Source: Octopus vulgaris | Lineage: Eukaryota | Assembly: GCA_951406725.2 (NCBI GenBank) | Contig: OX597836.1 | Location: 29,822,001 to 29,886,000 of the forward strand | Length of the DNA: 64,000 nt | Reading direction: 5' to 3' | Shown: piece by piece, positions 1 through 13,649 of the stretch | Layout: each line of letters starts with the position of its first letter | Position numbering within the stretch: position 1 is the stretch's first letter | Notes under the pieces: generated by a model | The model's database searches: none | Told to the model about the DNA's origin: nothing | The model's input: the letters and a program-made list of their open reading frames with translations, nothing else | Position numbers and translations under genes: made by a program

Positions 1-410
1 CAGCTGTAGAAGCTCTGCCAGATCAGATTGGAGTCTGGTACAGCCATCTGGTTCGCCAGACTTCAGTTAAATCATCCACCCCATGCTAGCATGGAAAGCA
101 GATGTTAAACGAAGATGATGAATTAAGAGCCTTGCATTATCACTTCTCTGCTAGAAACAGCAACCGAATCTCCCTCAAATTACACCCTATCATCTTTTTT
201 TTTTAAAAAAAGAGTGAAGAGATAGAACACATTGTCTTTGATCATAAGGTGTGTCAGACCAGGACTGACTGGCTGGTTTCATTTAATTTACAACACTTGA
301 TTGTTACCGTTAAGAAGTTTGCTTTATGTTTGCATGGTTTTGAGTTTGGTTCCACTGTACACTTTGGTCAAGTGTTTTCTATCATAGCCATCGTTGAGAC
401 ATTGCATCCT

Positions 411-638
411 TTAACCCTTTAGTATTCAGATTTCTCTGTCAGATGTAAAGCCTGTTTAATCACATTGTTTTAAATTAATTGTACAGCATCTTGAAACTCT
501 GAGATTTTGATGATGTCCCTGTTTATTTTTAGAATGACTTTGTAGGGTAGGTGTAAGAGGTCAGAGCTGGCTGGTTTCAGCATATAACAAGAAGACAATT
601 TTGGCCTGGTATGGCCGGTTTAAACACTAAAGGGTTAA
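411..638. mobile_element. piggyBac-type MITE (family A)
   Basis: TTAA|CCCTTTAGT...ACTAAAGGG|TTAA termini, about 220 bp. Related copies at 4098-4326, about 6600-6830, about 38000-38170, 38484-38710 and 63899-end. Confidence 0.8.
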
Positions 639-3304
639 AACCTCCATGCTTCTTGAAATTTGCCAACACTACACCTGATATCCTCCCCCTCTATTATGCA
701 TGCACACTTGTATATCACGACTCATGCACTGTTCACTTTCCTGACATTTGTACATAATTCTATGTACTATAAATGCATCTTTGATAAATTGTAGTACACA
801 TGAGCGCTATACATAATAATTTGATTATCAAAGGAAATATAGAAGTCAATTGGAGGAGCCTTTTTTTTTCTTTTTTCAATCTGCTATCCAGTTTAACATC
901 ACCACCTGGTCCTTGGGGTCATTTAAGTGGGAGTCACTCTATTCCAGTCAGATGCTTATACTTTTTTTTTTTTCCTATCTGACATCAAGACTTAAAAAGA
1001 TTATGGGTGTGGCACTTCCTCTTTTGACTAAATACTTAAAAAAAAAAATCAATGATTAAAGGTATTTTCTCTCTCCTTTTTTTTATGTAATGTATTTAGG
1101 AACGAATCCTTCCCTCTAAGATATGGGTGTGATATAATTGATATAAAGGCTGCTGTTTTCGCAGGTTGAGGAACTTAAGAGTTGTTGTTACCTTGAAGTT
1201 GACCTTGATTTAAAACAGACCTATGATCAAAAAGCATTTCAGCTGTAACATATTGCTTTTATTTCATAACTACTATACACGTAGGACTCCATTATTCAGT
1301 GTGTTGTTTGTATTTTTTTTTTTTTTGTTTAAGGTTGTTAGGTGTGATATGAGGGAGATATAGTTGTCACTAGTTACAGAAGGAATGTCATCCATGGATT
1401 ATGTAAACCATGGCTATATGTTGACTATTTCAGGCAGTTCATTGTTAAAAATGAGATGAGAAACAGACTTTACTTTTCACATGATGATATGTGGAATAGA
1501 AAAAAACCTGATTGCATTAATTTCATTGGGAAACTTCATAGGCAATCTGACTGAAAGATTTACCAAGATGATAATGCTTAAATGAAACAGTATTATCTAA
1601 GGAAACTAGAGAGTGTTTGTTTTAGACAAGTAGAAATGGTTACAAAGTGGAAAAAAAATATGTTACTGTGAAGAGGAAAAGTATTGTATGGCAAGCCTCT
1701 CAATTTGAGACAAATGAATTGTCCACATGCTCTCTCTCTCTCTCTGACACACGTGTGTGTGAGAGAAAGCGTGTGGGTACTACTGGAAATTTTAGATTTT
1801 TTTTCTTCTTCACAGCAAGCTAATTATGGTGCGTGAAATACATAGAAATACTTTGTGATTTGTTTGTTCTTACTATTTGCCAACATGGATCGTCTCTAAT
1901 ATCTTCTGCTTCCATTGCTTCACTTGCAATAATTTAGAATGCCACCAGGAAGGTCTTAATGCTTTGACCAAGACCTGTTATTGATGAGGGATACCTCACA
2001 CTGACACCATCTTTCGTGTCAGGTTTGTCAATATTTACTTGTGAAAGAGGATTGATCTTGTCTTTTTCATGCTGTCTTATTTGTAGTTTTCTCTCTAATA
2101 GATTTCAGGAATGGAGTTTGTTAGAAAGACTGTAGTTTAGGAAGTAAAAGAAATTTTTTGTTTCTTTTGATAATAATGAAATGTGTTGTTGATAGCAGTT
2201 TTGGTTAATATTAAAATGTAAACTGTTAGTCTATTATAAATACTAATTGTAACTGTTGATTTGTTTTCAATTGAATATCCTGACTTACATATTTTACTAA
2301 ACTGTTAATTTTGAACCATATTTTGATAAACAATTTTTTTTAAAGAATCTGTATGATTTCCCTCCACTAATTAGTTACAGTTTGTGAAGTATATCTGAAC
2401 AGTTGGATTTTTAAAATTTGATTTTAGTACTGCAAACCAGACCTGATAATTTCGTTGATAAAAGTATGAATATTCCTTTTAAATGTGAGGTTTTGTTCCT
2501 ACTTATGTTGGAAATGTTTCCTATTCCATTGCAGCTGTTGACTGTCATTAATTGTTGAGTTATCAAGGATCCTGCTCCATCTCGGTTTTCAAATTGTAAG
2601 AAATAATGATACTGAGGGGAAAAAATATGCAATAGATATATTTTCTTCCTACCACTAGAATGCTTACTTGATTGGGTGTGATTGGGTAGTTTTGAGTCGT
2701 ACAAATATTGTAGACAAAAAGACTTATATTTCTACGTTCGGAAATGTAGAAAGGATTAAAGGGTTAATGTAGGCTAAAAATTAGTCACCCTATGTAAATG
2801 GCTTCTAGCAAACATTCAGTGTTGTAATGGAATGGTATGAGCAAGGTATAATGCAGGAAACAATATAACTGTACAAGGCCAATGTCTGAAAAGGGAAGTG
2901 TGTGTCTAATAAGATGTTGGGAAACCCGTTTGCTTATGTCCTCCTTAGCATGTGTAAGGGTGGACATGGGCAAAGCGACCAAATCTGTTTGCTAACTCAA
3001 CTAACTTGATGGGGTTTAATGACCTTAGTTGAAGAAAGAATGAGCTGTGTGCTTGTTGGGAAATGTTGAAGAAATAAATGCTTTGTTGCTTCCTAGTCAG
3101 TGATGCTCCTTATATTGGGAGTTGGGATGGCTGCTTATGGTGGCCTGACTCTGAGCTGCTGAAGTACACTTGCTTCACTGTTGTGTTGCTCTCAATAAAC
3201 AGGAGTGATAAGCAGAGGCTTTTTCAACTAGGATGGAGGAAAAGCTTTAAACTAATCACTAAATAGGATAGTGATGGTTGCTGTGAGGTTTACCTAAAAC
3301 ATAT

Positions 3305-3464
3305 AAAGGATCGATGGGCCATGCTTTCATGGTCCGTATTCGTACTGAAAATCGAGATCGAGCGAGCTTTTGCCCTTTTGCTCGGCATGGTTTCCGTCCA
3401 CGCTGAGCTCGCTTTGGGACGCCGGCATTACCGTTTGACAGATGTACCGCCCCAGTCAAACTCC
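3305..3464 (-). pseudogene. Decayed 28S rRNA fragment (domain V region) in ZFAND intron
   Basis: Reverse complement reads GGAGTTTGACTGGGGCGGTACATCTGTCAAACGGTAA...AAGGGCAAAAGCTCGCT..GATTTTCAGTACGAATAC..ACC.TGAAAGC..GGCC...GATCCTT, a conserved eukaryotic LSU segment. Isolated 160 bp with apparent CpG-type substitutions. Confidence 0.9.
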
Positions 3465-4097
3465 TGATGAATTAATACAAAATCTAATCATAGTTTTGAG
3501 AAAAGAATTTATCAGACATATTGGTATCCTTAGTGTGGAAATATGCAATGTAGATGTAATTTTCTAATTACCACAAGGATGCTTGTTGTGGACAAAACAG
3601 ATATTTAGTTTTATATTTGTATGATGTTTTTTTTTTTTAGCCCACAGCCACATTTTCTGTTCCTATGAATGACATTTTGGGAAATTAGGCTTTGTCAACT
3701 TGAGGTTCTTATGGAAGAATTTTCAATGAGCACAGGTTTAAAGTAAGAAAAGGAAAGGTTGTGTAAGACCTTCTCAGGAAGAAAATGTTTGCATACACTT
3801 GTGTTTAGTGCCAAATAAATCAAGGTTATTCATCCTGGATAATACAAAAGTGCATAATGCAATGGCAATCCAGCTGTTTACTTTTCAGTTTGAAAGTTAA
3901 TTACAAAGTCCATTCCTTGGCAGTGTAAAGCAATTTCTTCTTTCCTGTAAAATGTGCAACCAAACTTCTATGTTCATAGTTTGTTACAAATTGAAATATG
4001 CACTTGTGCTGATGGTGATACAGTGACCTTGAAACACATGACCCCATGATGTTAGTCACAAACGTTAACATTTGCCTTAGTTGTCCCCATAATATTT

Positions 4098-4326
4098 TTA
4101 ACCCTTTAGCATTCAGATTATTCTGTCAAATGTAATGCTTATTAATGCATATTGTTTTGAATTAAACTTGCATGTTCATGTAGCTTCAAGATTTCGATGA
4201 TGCGATTGTTCATTTGTAAGAATGACATTATAGGGTCTGTGTGATAGGCTGCATCTGGCCAGTTTGAACATAAAACAAGTAGAACATTTCAGCCGGATAT
4301 GGCCGGTTTAAATGCTAAAGAGTTAA
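4098..4326. mobile_element. piggyBac-type MITE (family A)
   Basis: TTAA CCCTTTAGCATT...AATGCTAAAGAG TTAA. Same internal sequence as 411-638. Confidence 0.8.
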
Positions 4327-4370
4327 AGAATTATTTGCCTTATTTAACATCTTTTGTCTTTACATTGCAG

Positions 4371-4532
4371 GACCATCAAGTCAAGAAATCTCATCAACAC
4401 CTAGTATAGTTGAAGGTGCAACTGGTGTTGATACATCAGTTATCCCTAGTATAAAAACTGCCACACCTACCGTACCTGTCCCTAATTCCAATCAGGAAAA
4501 AGATATAGATAAAAATGAAGGAGCAGCCGTAG
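4371..4532 (+). CDS. ZFAND5/6: Internal coding exon of AN1/A20-type zinc finger protein (Ser/Thr/Pro-rich linker)
   Basis: ttgcag| acceptor, |gtaagt donor, 162 nt, phase 1-1. Reads (G)PSSQEISSTPSIVEGATGVDTSVIPSIKTATPTVPVPNSNQEKDIDKNEGAAV and splices in frame to the AN1 exon. Confidence 0.85.
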
Positions 4533-4658
4533 GTAAGTGTTCACCATTTCATAATTAATTTTTGTCTTGTAGCTTTTAATTGATGTTAATCATTTTCAAC
4601 TTGCTTTTTTTTTTTTTTTGGTCATTTTCTACTTTTATTTTTGTATTTATTCATAAAG

Positions 4659-4745
4659 GTGGTGAGGACCCTCAATCATCAGAAGCAAATAAGAAACCTA
4701 AAAAAAATCGTTGCCATACTTGCAAAAAGAAGGTTGGATTAACAG
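4659..4745 (+). CDS. ZFAND5/6: Coding exon, start of AN1 zinc finger
   Basis: ataaag| ... |gtatgt, 87 nt. Reads GGEDPQSSEANKKPKKNRCHTCKKKVGLTG, matching the KKNRCxxCxKKVGLTG motif of ZFAND5/6. Confidence 0.95.
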
Positions 4746-7700
4746 GTATGTTAATTTAATCTGTAGGCCATACAATTCCATCTTTAGTTCTGATGAGGAA
4801 ATGAAGAAAAATCTATGCTTTAAAGTGTTTATATTTTAAATAAAAACATTCCAGTTGTTAGTTGCTTTTGCTAGACCTCTCCCAAATCTTTTGAGTTGCC
4901 CCAGGGTCAACTTTGAATCAATCTGTGGCAGGGCGTCAGCCAAATGATTTGGTTGAATCCAGAGAACTGTTTCCCCCAGATACTTCAAGCCCCTACTTAG
5001 TCGAGAACCTTGTTGCATATTACCACATTGTGGACATGTATTCTTTCTACTGTCCACTGTTTCTGTAAACCTATTATTTATGCCTGTCCCCATAGGTCTG
5101 ATTGAGTAGCTCATTGATAATGTTCCAACCATGACCACAACCCCACTATTATTCTGGTGCAATGTATATTGTCCTACGTAATGATGTCTGTTACATTCAT
5201 TTGACAAAAACATTGTTAGCCAGTACATTGTTAGTAAATTCAGTGGAAATTTTTATCCTCAAATTTCATTGATGACATATTTACGCTAAGAATGAAAATT
5301 TAGAATAACATTTTGTGATGTGCTTACTATGTAAAGGAAAAACCTGACATAACTGGCTTGATACTGAAACTTCCTGGTGAAGAAGATTCAGGTAGCATGT
5401 TTACCTTGATGTAATTACTTGCAGCATGTTCATTGTAAACCTTACATAATGCAATGTGTCCTTTGTCTTTGGAGGTAGTGATTTGATTTGAGAAAGATTT
5501 TGCTGCTACTTTTAGTCATTTGTGGTCACATATAGACACTCTGGTGGTAGCTATCAAGGTGGACTTAGACCACAACAGTTGCTCTTCCTCTGTTTGTCCA
5601 GGGTTTCGCAAATAAATGCCTTCACAGCTAGCATTCAACTTCGCCAGTTCTTAGATTCTGCTAAATAACCAACCCAACCTAACAAAGGGATGCTGTGTTT
5701 CAGAAATTGATCTTAGAAAGAGATCTATGTGCCCTTGCATTCAATGTAATCTCAATTTGAATTTTTATTGGACGATATGTTCATAGGTGTAGGCATAGCT
5801 GTGTGGTAAGAAGTTTTCTTCCCAGCTACATGGTCTTGGGTTCAGTTTCACTGTGTGGGCCTTGGACAAATATCTATTACAGCCCTCAGTCAACCAAGGC
5901 TTTATGAGCGGATTTTGTAGGCAGAAACTGAAAGAAGCCCTTCATACATGTGTGTTACTGTGTCCTTTCCTTGACTTCATGTGATAGTTGTAAGTGAATG
6001 CCACCATCATGCAAGCAGTGTCCTTCATTTCCTGTCTTTTTTGAAAACATGTCTGATCATGGGGGGAAATATTACCTTACTTGGAAACAAGAGGGTTGGT
6101 AGAAAATCTGCCTCAACAAATTCTGACTCGTGCAAGCATGGAGATGTAGACATTAAATGATTATGATGATGGGTATTATATTCAGAAACCAGGGTCTGAG
6201 AACAACTCTGCTTTTATACACTTCAGTGATGTGGGAACCTCTCTGTATAATGGCACAGGCTTCTTCAAAGCACATTCCCTAGTCTTGAAATAGAAAGGAA
6301 AGTTTTGATAGTGGGTGTAGGGAGAAAAAGGGTGTGATCATTGTTGGAAAGTTTTTAATCATAGGTTTGCTCGATCAGGACCGAGCAACAACAATAATTG
6401 AAGATATGGCTGACAGCCATCTTGATTGCCTCTCACAATGACTAATTACCAGTCTAGATGTGTACAGTGTTGCTTGATGGAATATGTAGACTGACTTTGA
6501 ATTAGAGCTGATTAGTGACTCAGGTCAGTTAGAAAAATCAGCTAAACGTACGAGGCAAATACTAATGAAGGTACAGAAGTTAGAATTTGAATTTGAGAAT
6601 GTTTGAACCATTTTTGCATTCGGATTACTCTGTCAAATGTTTATTTATTCACATTGTTTTTCAGTGTAATCATGCATTAGCTTGTAGCTTCTTACAAGTT
6701 GTCATGGATGTGATGGTTTAGTTTTAGAATGACATTGTTGGGAAGGTGTGAGAGGCTGGACTTGGCCAGTTTGAACATAAAACAGAATATTTGGCCTGGG
6801 TATGGCCAGTTAGCATTCCTAAAAGTTAATACAGATCTTGTTATTTAGCTCTTCTCTCTATGTTCTGTCCTGGGCAGCAAATATACAGTCAAAAGCAGGA
6901 ACCTTTTCTAGATAGTGTATCTTGGAGTACATTATTCGGTGTGTCCTTTTAAAAGAAGATAGTTATGATTTATGAAGGTTATGGTATTTCACTCGCAATT
7001 ATATGGTCATGAGTTTGATTCCTGGCAACACATTGTGGCCTTAAGCAAGACACTTTACTTCACGTTTTCCCTTTCATTTAACAAAAATGAGTTGCATCTG
7101 TAATTCAAAAGGCCAGCCTTGTCACACAGTGTGTCATGCTGAATCTGCCTGAGAACTACATTAAGAGCACATATGCCTGTGGAGTACTCAGCCACTTGCA
7201 TGTTAATTTCATTAGCAGGCTGTTCCAGTGATCAGAACAACTGGAACCCTCATTGTAACTGACACTACCAGTTGAAGATTTGACTGCAGTTTCTAGCAAC
7301 TTGCATAGTCATCTAGAGGAACCTTTGTTGGCCTATTTAGCTTAGTGGTATACTTTGTTAGATTTAGTCACATAGGTTGTTGGGGTGAAATCTGAGGATA
7401 CATAAGTCTTCAAATGCTTATAAAATTAAGAACCAAAAAAAAAAAAAAATCTCTTCATTAGTTGTGATGCATGGTTAATAAGTTTACTTCGCAACCACAT
7501 GGTTTGGGGTCCAATCCTAATGTGCTGCATCTTAAGTGTTTTCTACCAGAGTTTCAGGTTGACCAATGCCTTATGAAGGAAATTATGTAGATGGAACCTG
7601 CATGTGTGTGTGTGTGTGTTTTGACAAGTGATTGCTGATAAATTGGTGTCAAGTAAAAATACTTGTTCTTTCGCTTGAGTTAGGTCCCTTTATGCTGAGG

Positions 7701-8428
7701 TGCACTTTGCCCAGAATTTATTTTATTCATTCAACAGCTAAGTACAGGGGTTGATGTAATTGATGGTAATGAAATACCCCAGTATGGCCATGGTACAAAG
7801 ACCAAAACACTATTAAAATCTATTGAAGGGCTCTGAAAGTTTGTTTTTACTCCAAACTGTTTAAGCTGGATACATTTAGCCCCATATAATGGCCTAAATT
7901 ATCAGTCTGCACCAAGGATAAAATAATACTTATTGGCCTTTTTTCAGTTATTTAAGGATAAGGAAGTATTTTTGATGTAAAAATTAAATTCTTCTTTCTG
8001 TTAGTGTGTGTGTGTGCATAGTAAAACCTACAGTGAACTTACCATGGGGAATCTGTTTTGGACAGTCCTTTAGGCAAAGTTGAAAGAGAAATTAACAGGG
8101 ATTGTATTTGAAACATTGGATTTTCCCACATTCCGTGACAGTCCTCCTATTTTACTATATAATTTAATCTTGCTGGCACAGACCAAACACCAGCCTCTCT
8201 GAAGTCTGTGTGTGTGTGTACACAAAAATTTGTGTCAGTAATTAAAGTTTAAAATCCAAGCTTTCTATTTTGTAAATTCTCTTAGAAGAACATCTATGAA
8301 GCATCATGAATTATTAAAGTGAGTGTAGATATTTAACAGCTGGGTCTGCCGATCTTCAAATATTGTTTGTTCAACTATAAAACCTTATGTATGGCTTTGT
8401 TTTATTTATATATATTTTTCCTTTGTAG

Positions 8429-8577
8429 GATTCCGCTGCCGATGTGAGGGTCTTTATTGCAGTCTTCATCGTTATTCGGATAAGCATAGTTGTACATTTG
8501 ATTATAAGGAGATGGCTCAGGAACAAATCCGGAAAAATAATCCTGTTGTTGTAGGTGAAAAAATTCAGAAGATTTGA
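8429..8577 (+). CDS. ZFAND5/6: Terminal coding exon, remainder of AN1 zinc finger
   Basis: tttgtag| then [48 protein letters not shown], the ZFAND5/6 C-terminus. TGA at 8575-8577. Confidence 0.96.
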
Positions 8578-11500
8578 ATTTCATTTGGATTAGAACAAAA
8601 CTGGGTGATCTGGCAAAGATGAACTGACACAGGGATTAATTTTGGTGTTTAACACTCATTGCCAAATACCCTTGAACTTTGCATTCCCATGTTCATCAAC
8701 GATGAGGTTTTCACTAGAAACTTGGATATATTCAGATATGATGGCCTGTATGTTTTTAAATTCTGCATCTGCACCCTATCTAGCAGCTTTTTCATCTAAT
8801 TAAATGATTTAAAAACAAACACCCTTAAAAGAAAAAAAAAAGACTCATGGTCCATGACTCCTTAACTTTGGGAGTCGTTAGCTTCTGTGATTTGGAGAGA
8901 AGGAAAACTATTGTGTAATGACAAAAAACAAAACAAAAAAAAAAAGGAAATGTCTTAAAAGAAAGTGACTATTTGGTTGGATTTTCTTTTTTTTAGAACA
9001 GCCTTTGCTATAACTTGTCATAATTCTTAGGATCAAATTAATATTTTCCTTTTAAAACGATTTTGCTTCAAGAAATAGGTTGGAGTTAACTCTCATGTCC
9101 ACCAATTCTACACTAATCTACAACTTCACTCTTTATTTAGCTTTAATATTATTTTAAAAATTATTTATTATTCCTCTTTTAAATTAAACTTTTGCTTTTA
9201 TCTTATCTGCCAATATCAAGAGAGCTCGTTTAAAAACTGTTCTGCTCTACATCCTAATTACCAGTGATCATCTAAGATGGGTTCTGTGTAATAATTAATT
9301 GACTTGTGGATTTCTGCCCTGAATTTGTTGATCTTAAATGTAATTCTACATTTAGCCAATAAATGGATCCATTGTCTTTTGAAATTATTGAGACATTATT
9401 GGTTGGTGATTTCAATCCTTCTCCTTTTAAATTATGAAAAAACAAAACAAATGAAATCTTAGCAAAAGTGAGAACACAAATGGATGTGAAAAATCTTAAT
9501 TCCCAGCAACCTTTTCCTCTTTAAAGCCTGAGTATCTTGGGTGGTCTAGCGAGAACGGGATTAAATTTCTTTGTTAGAAATTTCTCTAATATGATATTAG
9601 AAGTATCTTTTGAATTTAGTATTGCTAAGAACAGAAGAGCGCAGTTTTTTTTTTTTTTTTTTTTTTTTAATTATGATTACATTTTCCTTAATTTTTTTCT
9701 TTTTTTTTTTGTTTTATTTGGCTGAAATCTGAAATGGAAGTCACTTGAATTTCATAACAGAAATTTATTTGGGTATTTTGACATAGCTCTCTCAAACTGT
9801 CCAATCTTTTGACTCTGCCAAATATTCACTTACACAATGGAATGTTGAAATTTTGCTTGATTGAAAGTTATCTGGATTACCACTAAAATCTTAATTAGCA
9901 TTTAACTAGTTGTCGTTTCCATGTAGGTTACTGAGGTTTTTTTGATACCAGACCAGATTTCACTAAAACTTCCAACATAAATGACAGGCCAGTTGGAGTG
10001 CTTAGTGCAACCTAAGACTTCTATTCTAATAATAATCATTTATTTTTACTGTATTCAGGCTTTAAACCCAGCTTCCTATTAACATTTTATCACAAGATCT
10101 TTTTTAGCAGACTAATAATTATCAATGTGTTATTACTGACAATTTAATAATCTTCTTAAACTTCATTTATCCATAACTAAATCTTCCAAAGACTGCTGGG
10201 TTTTCTTTGTTTTTACTCCCATCCATCTTTATGGTATGTCAAGCATATATTTTGTCTTCTTCCTTGTGCTATCCATGGAAGATTTCTATATAATTTCTAA
10301 ATGCTTTTGAGTATTTTTGTGCTGTTACAGAAGTTCAATAAATTGTCCACATTTTTTCCCCATTTACCTATGAATTGTTTTTATTTTTCAACTCTCTCTC
10401 TAGATACTGTTCACAACTTACACTTACCACACTGCATTCTTTAAACTGTTTACTCTCCATCCCATTCCAGCCTTTCAAATGAAAATGCTCTTTCCGTTGT
10501 TACGGAATTGGCATTTGTGTATAAAACAAAAGTTCTTCCTTCACACACTCATACACACACACACACTGTATTTCGATCAGCAAATTAGCTGATTGCCTTG
10601 GTCACTCATATATAAGGATAATAAATTTCTTATTAAGTAAAAAAGCTTGTTCATAAATTATCTAATAACTGCAATATTTTTCTTCTTTTGTTTCCAACTT
10701 ATGTAAAATAGTTGCCATTTAGTTTCAGGAATATAGAATGGGTTTTTTTGTGTGTGTATATATATTATCTTTGTGTGTATATATTTATTTGTGTATAGGT
10801 GTGTATATACATAATTTAGCTGTACAGCTAGAGAAGTGACTCGAGGACCAAGAGTTTCGTGTATTGCACTTGTCAAACCTGTATCTATTTTAGAATTGTT
10901 CTAGTAAGTGATTTTGATATGTTGAAATTGAAACAGTTATACCATGCAAGAACCATTTTGGCCATCTAAAAATATACCAAACTACTAAGTTCATTTTCAT
11001 TTTTTTTCTCCTTGATTCAAAATTTTCATTGCACCACTTGCAACTTGGTTGCACTTGTGTGACAGAAATTTTGGCGAGACAAAAAATGAAAACTAAATAC
11101 AAGTTTCGTATTTTCAGATGACTAAAATTGCTCTCCCACAATTATTATTGCTGTGCGTGTGTATGTTTGTGCATTTTGTTTTTAATACTGCAAATAATCC
11201 AAAACAACATTGTAAAATCACTAAGTATTTTCTTTACACTATATATGTATATATATATATTTACCAAAGGCATGTTTGACTTTGTGGTGTATGTGAGCTG
11301 TATATTTAATATTAATTTCTATTAAAACTAATCCTCCTGCTAAATATATATCTTTAGGGCTCCACCCCACCTAATTTAATCAGTTGTGTTGAGGTGCAAG
11401 TGATATTATTTCCTGCCACTTCTAAGACTTGTTGGAGTCCAGCCCCAAACCCCGCAAAAACAAACAACCAGACTTCATGAAATAGTATTTTTGTAAGATT

Positions 11501-12125
11501 ATTATATAAAAGTTTTTTTTCCATTTTTCTTTTGGAAAAAGACAAAAACTCCCCATTTCTGAATGCCTGCTGGTTTGATTTAGTCTAATTTAAAAAAAAA
11601 AAAAAAAATGTAAAATGTATTTTAATCCTTGTGACATTTTTAATTAAGTACTTGTAACTTAGGAAGTAATTTTTCATAATTTAAAAATGCAGTTAATACA
11701 TCAATGCAGTTATTTTTGTTATTTATTTTTCCTTAATCTAAAACCATTTGCTTGCTCTCTCTCCATTTTATATTTTAATGTTTATTAGTAATAATAATAA
11801 TAATCTTTTACTATATGAAAGTTTTCCAGCAACAAACTAATTCTTCCACAATTAAGTGATGTTTATTATCTGTGTGTGAGGTTTTTGTCTTGTGAAAAAT
11901 TACATTTGGTCAGGTGATGCAGGCTTATAAAACTAGTTTTTGTTTTGTTGGGTTGAATTTTTTCTTCTTCCTGCTAGCAGCCATTATTTGCCTTGATACT
12001 TTTCATTGAAAGCATGGCACTTTTGTGCTCAGATTTAAAATCCTTTAAAAGTTTTTACGCTTTTTTTAATTTTTAAAATAGTTGTGAATAAGTATTTGAA
12101 ATAAACAACCATGAGCAAGAATTGT
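8578..12125 (+). other. Probable long 3' UTR of ZFAND5/6
   Basis: About 3.5 kb, T-rich and essentially free of SINEs/MITEs in an otherwise TE-dense region. AATAAA near 9358, 10337, 10620 and at 12100. Confidence 0.6.
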
Positions 12126-12133
12126 TATTTATT
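12100..12133. terminator. Tail-to-tail poly(A) signals (AATAAA + at 12100-12105; AATAAA - at 12128-12133)
   Basis: Sequence gaAATAAAcaaccatgagcaagaattgttaTTTATTctg. Each signal has a GU/U-rich stretch downstream on its own strand. Lies between the two convergent stop codons. Confidence 0.55.
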
Positions 12134-13649
12134 CTGTATACACACATGCATTGTGTTTAACATATATATACATTATAATACATTTTTTTTCTTATACATA
12201 TATTGTAAATGTAATTAATAACAAGACTGGAAGATTATTTCTGAATATCAATATATACTTTTAAAAAAATCTTCTGTACAAAATTGTCACTTTCAAAGAT
12301 CTATTACAATCCTTGTTCCGAGTTAGTTTTTAAAGGCTTAAGCTGATTGATCAATTGAATGAAATCATTACTGAATTTTAATTGTATCAAACTGGAATAA
12401 AAATTGAGCAAGATACTCTTCCAAATTATTATTATTATTTTTTTTTTTTTTTAAATTCAAATACAAATTAATCCTCCTATCTAAGCTGCCATCTTTTTTT
12501 TTTTCTTGTGTCTAAATTTTATTCACAATAGAAATAGTTTGATACAATAACTTATAACTTCAGCTTTCTTTGCCTGCCTACTTTAAAACATTAAGAGCCG
12601 TCTGTCTGTTGAAAAGTAGTGAGTAGTTTATATATACTGAATCAGGCAATTTACTCGAGAAAGGAAAACTGGTTCTATTTATATTTCAAAGCTCTTCAGC
12701 CAGAGTAGCATCAAAGCAAAGTGTTTTGAGGGGAAGAAAAAAAAAATGGTTTCTTCATATATTTCTTAGCTGTTCAGACAAAGTATCAAAGAAGTGAGGT
12801 TGTATTGTCATGACAATCATTACTATTACATAAACTAGACATTAAGAAAAAAAAAGAAGCCATTTACATATCTTAAGCTAACCCTAATTTGAAGCTATTG
12901 CTGCCCTCTTAACCATATTTTGAGACAAAAATAATTCGGCACGCAGCTTGAGATTATTACACACAAGGAAAAGAATATTTTTGAAATAATGAATTTGTAG
13001 ACTCTTATTCAGATTTATAAATGCCCTTTAAAGTTTCTGCCTTAATACAAAATATATATATATGACCGCGTAGTTTTACTTAGTTTTAGACAAATTTCAT
13101 CATAGGAGAAAACTGACCTCCCATTTTTTTTGCTTGCTTTCAGTATTGAGTGCTTAAAGTTTTCAAACAGTTCCCTGTCTTAGTATTCTCTCTCCCTACA
13201 CACACTGCATAGAAAAAAATTAAAATTAGAATCTCTGATCGCTTAACTGGAGAATCTGTAGTTTCGGTGCTCATAGATGGATAAGAAACTAAACCTTCCA
13301 CTAATTTAATTATTACCTTAGTTTTTCTCTCCCTCATCTTCATTTTATTTCACTTTCTAAATTGTTTTGCAGTCTGTGTAGTGATGTTTGACTCAACAGC
13401 AATGGGAGGTGATTGAACTAAATATCAGATTGTTGTTGCCTGTCTATGTTCTCTCGTTTTTCGTATTTTATTTCATTAATTGCTTTGCTGTGTCTGTAAT
13501 GTGTTGTGGTTTTGGCTGAACAGCTGCAGAAATGTTTTCAAAAGAGCTGATATGTTTTATCAGTGTCTTTGGTAAGTAGGCAGGCAGGCATGTGTGTTAA
13601 GTGGCTTTGCTATTGCCACAGTGTTCCAGCAAAATGTTTTTTAAAAGTA
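12105..13649 (-). other. Probable 3' UTR of ZO-1-like gene
   Basis: TE-free stretch following the TAA at 13650 on the - strand, ending at a - strand AATAAA with several upstream TGTA motifs. Confidence 0.55.

Noticed and set aside
4836-5228. 130-aa - strand ORF in the ZFAND intron
   Set aside because: No recognisable domain or splice pattern. It may be an old TE remnant but cannot be assigned.
8402-8584. - strand 60-aa ORF, and + strand ORFs at 32678, 52149 and 52343
   Set aside because: Antisense shadows of the real ZFAND and ZO-1 exons.
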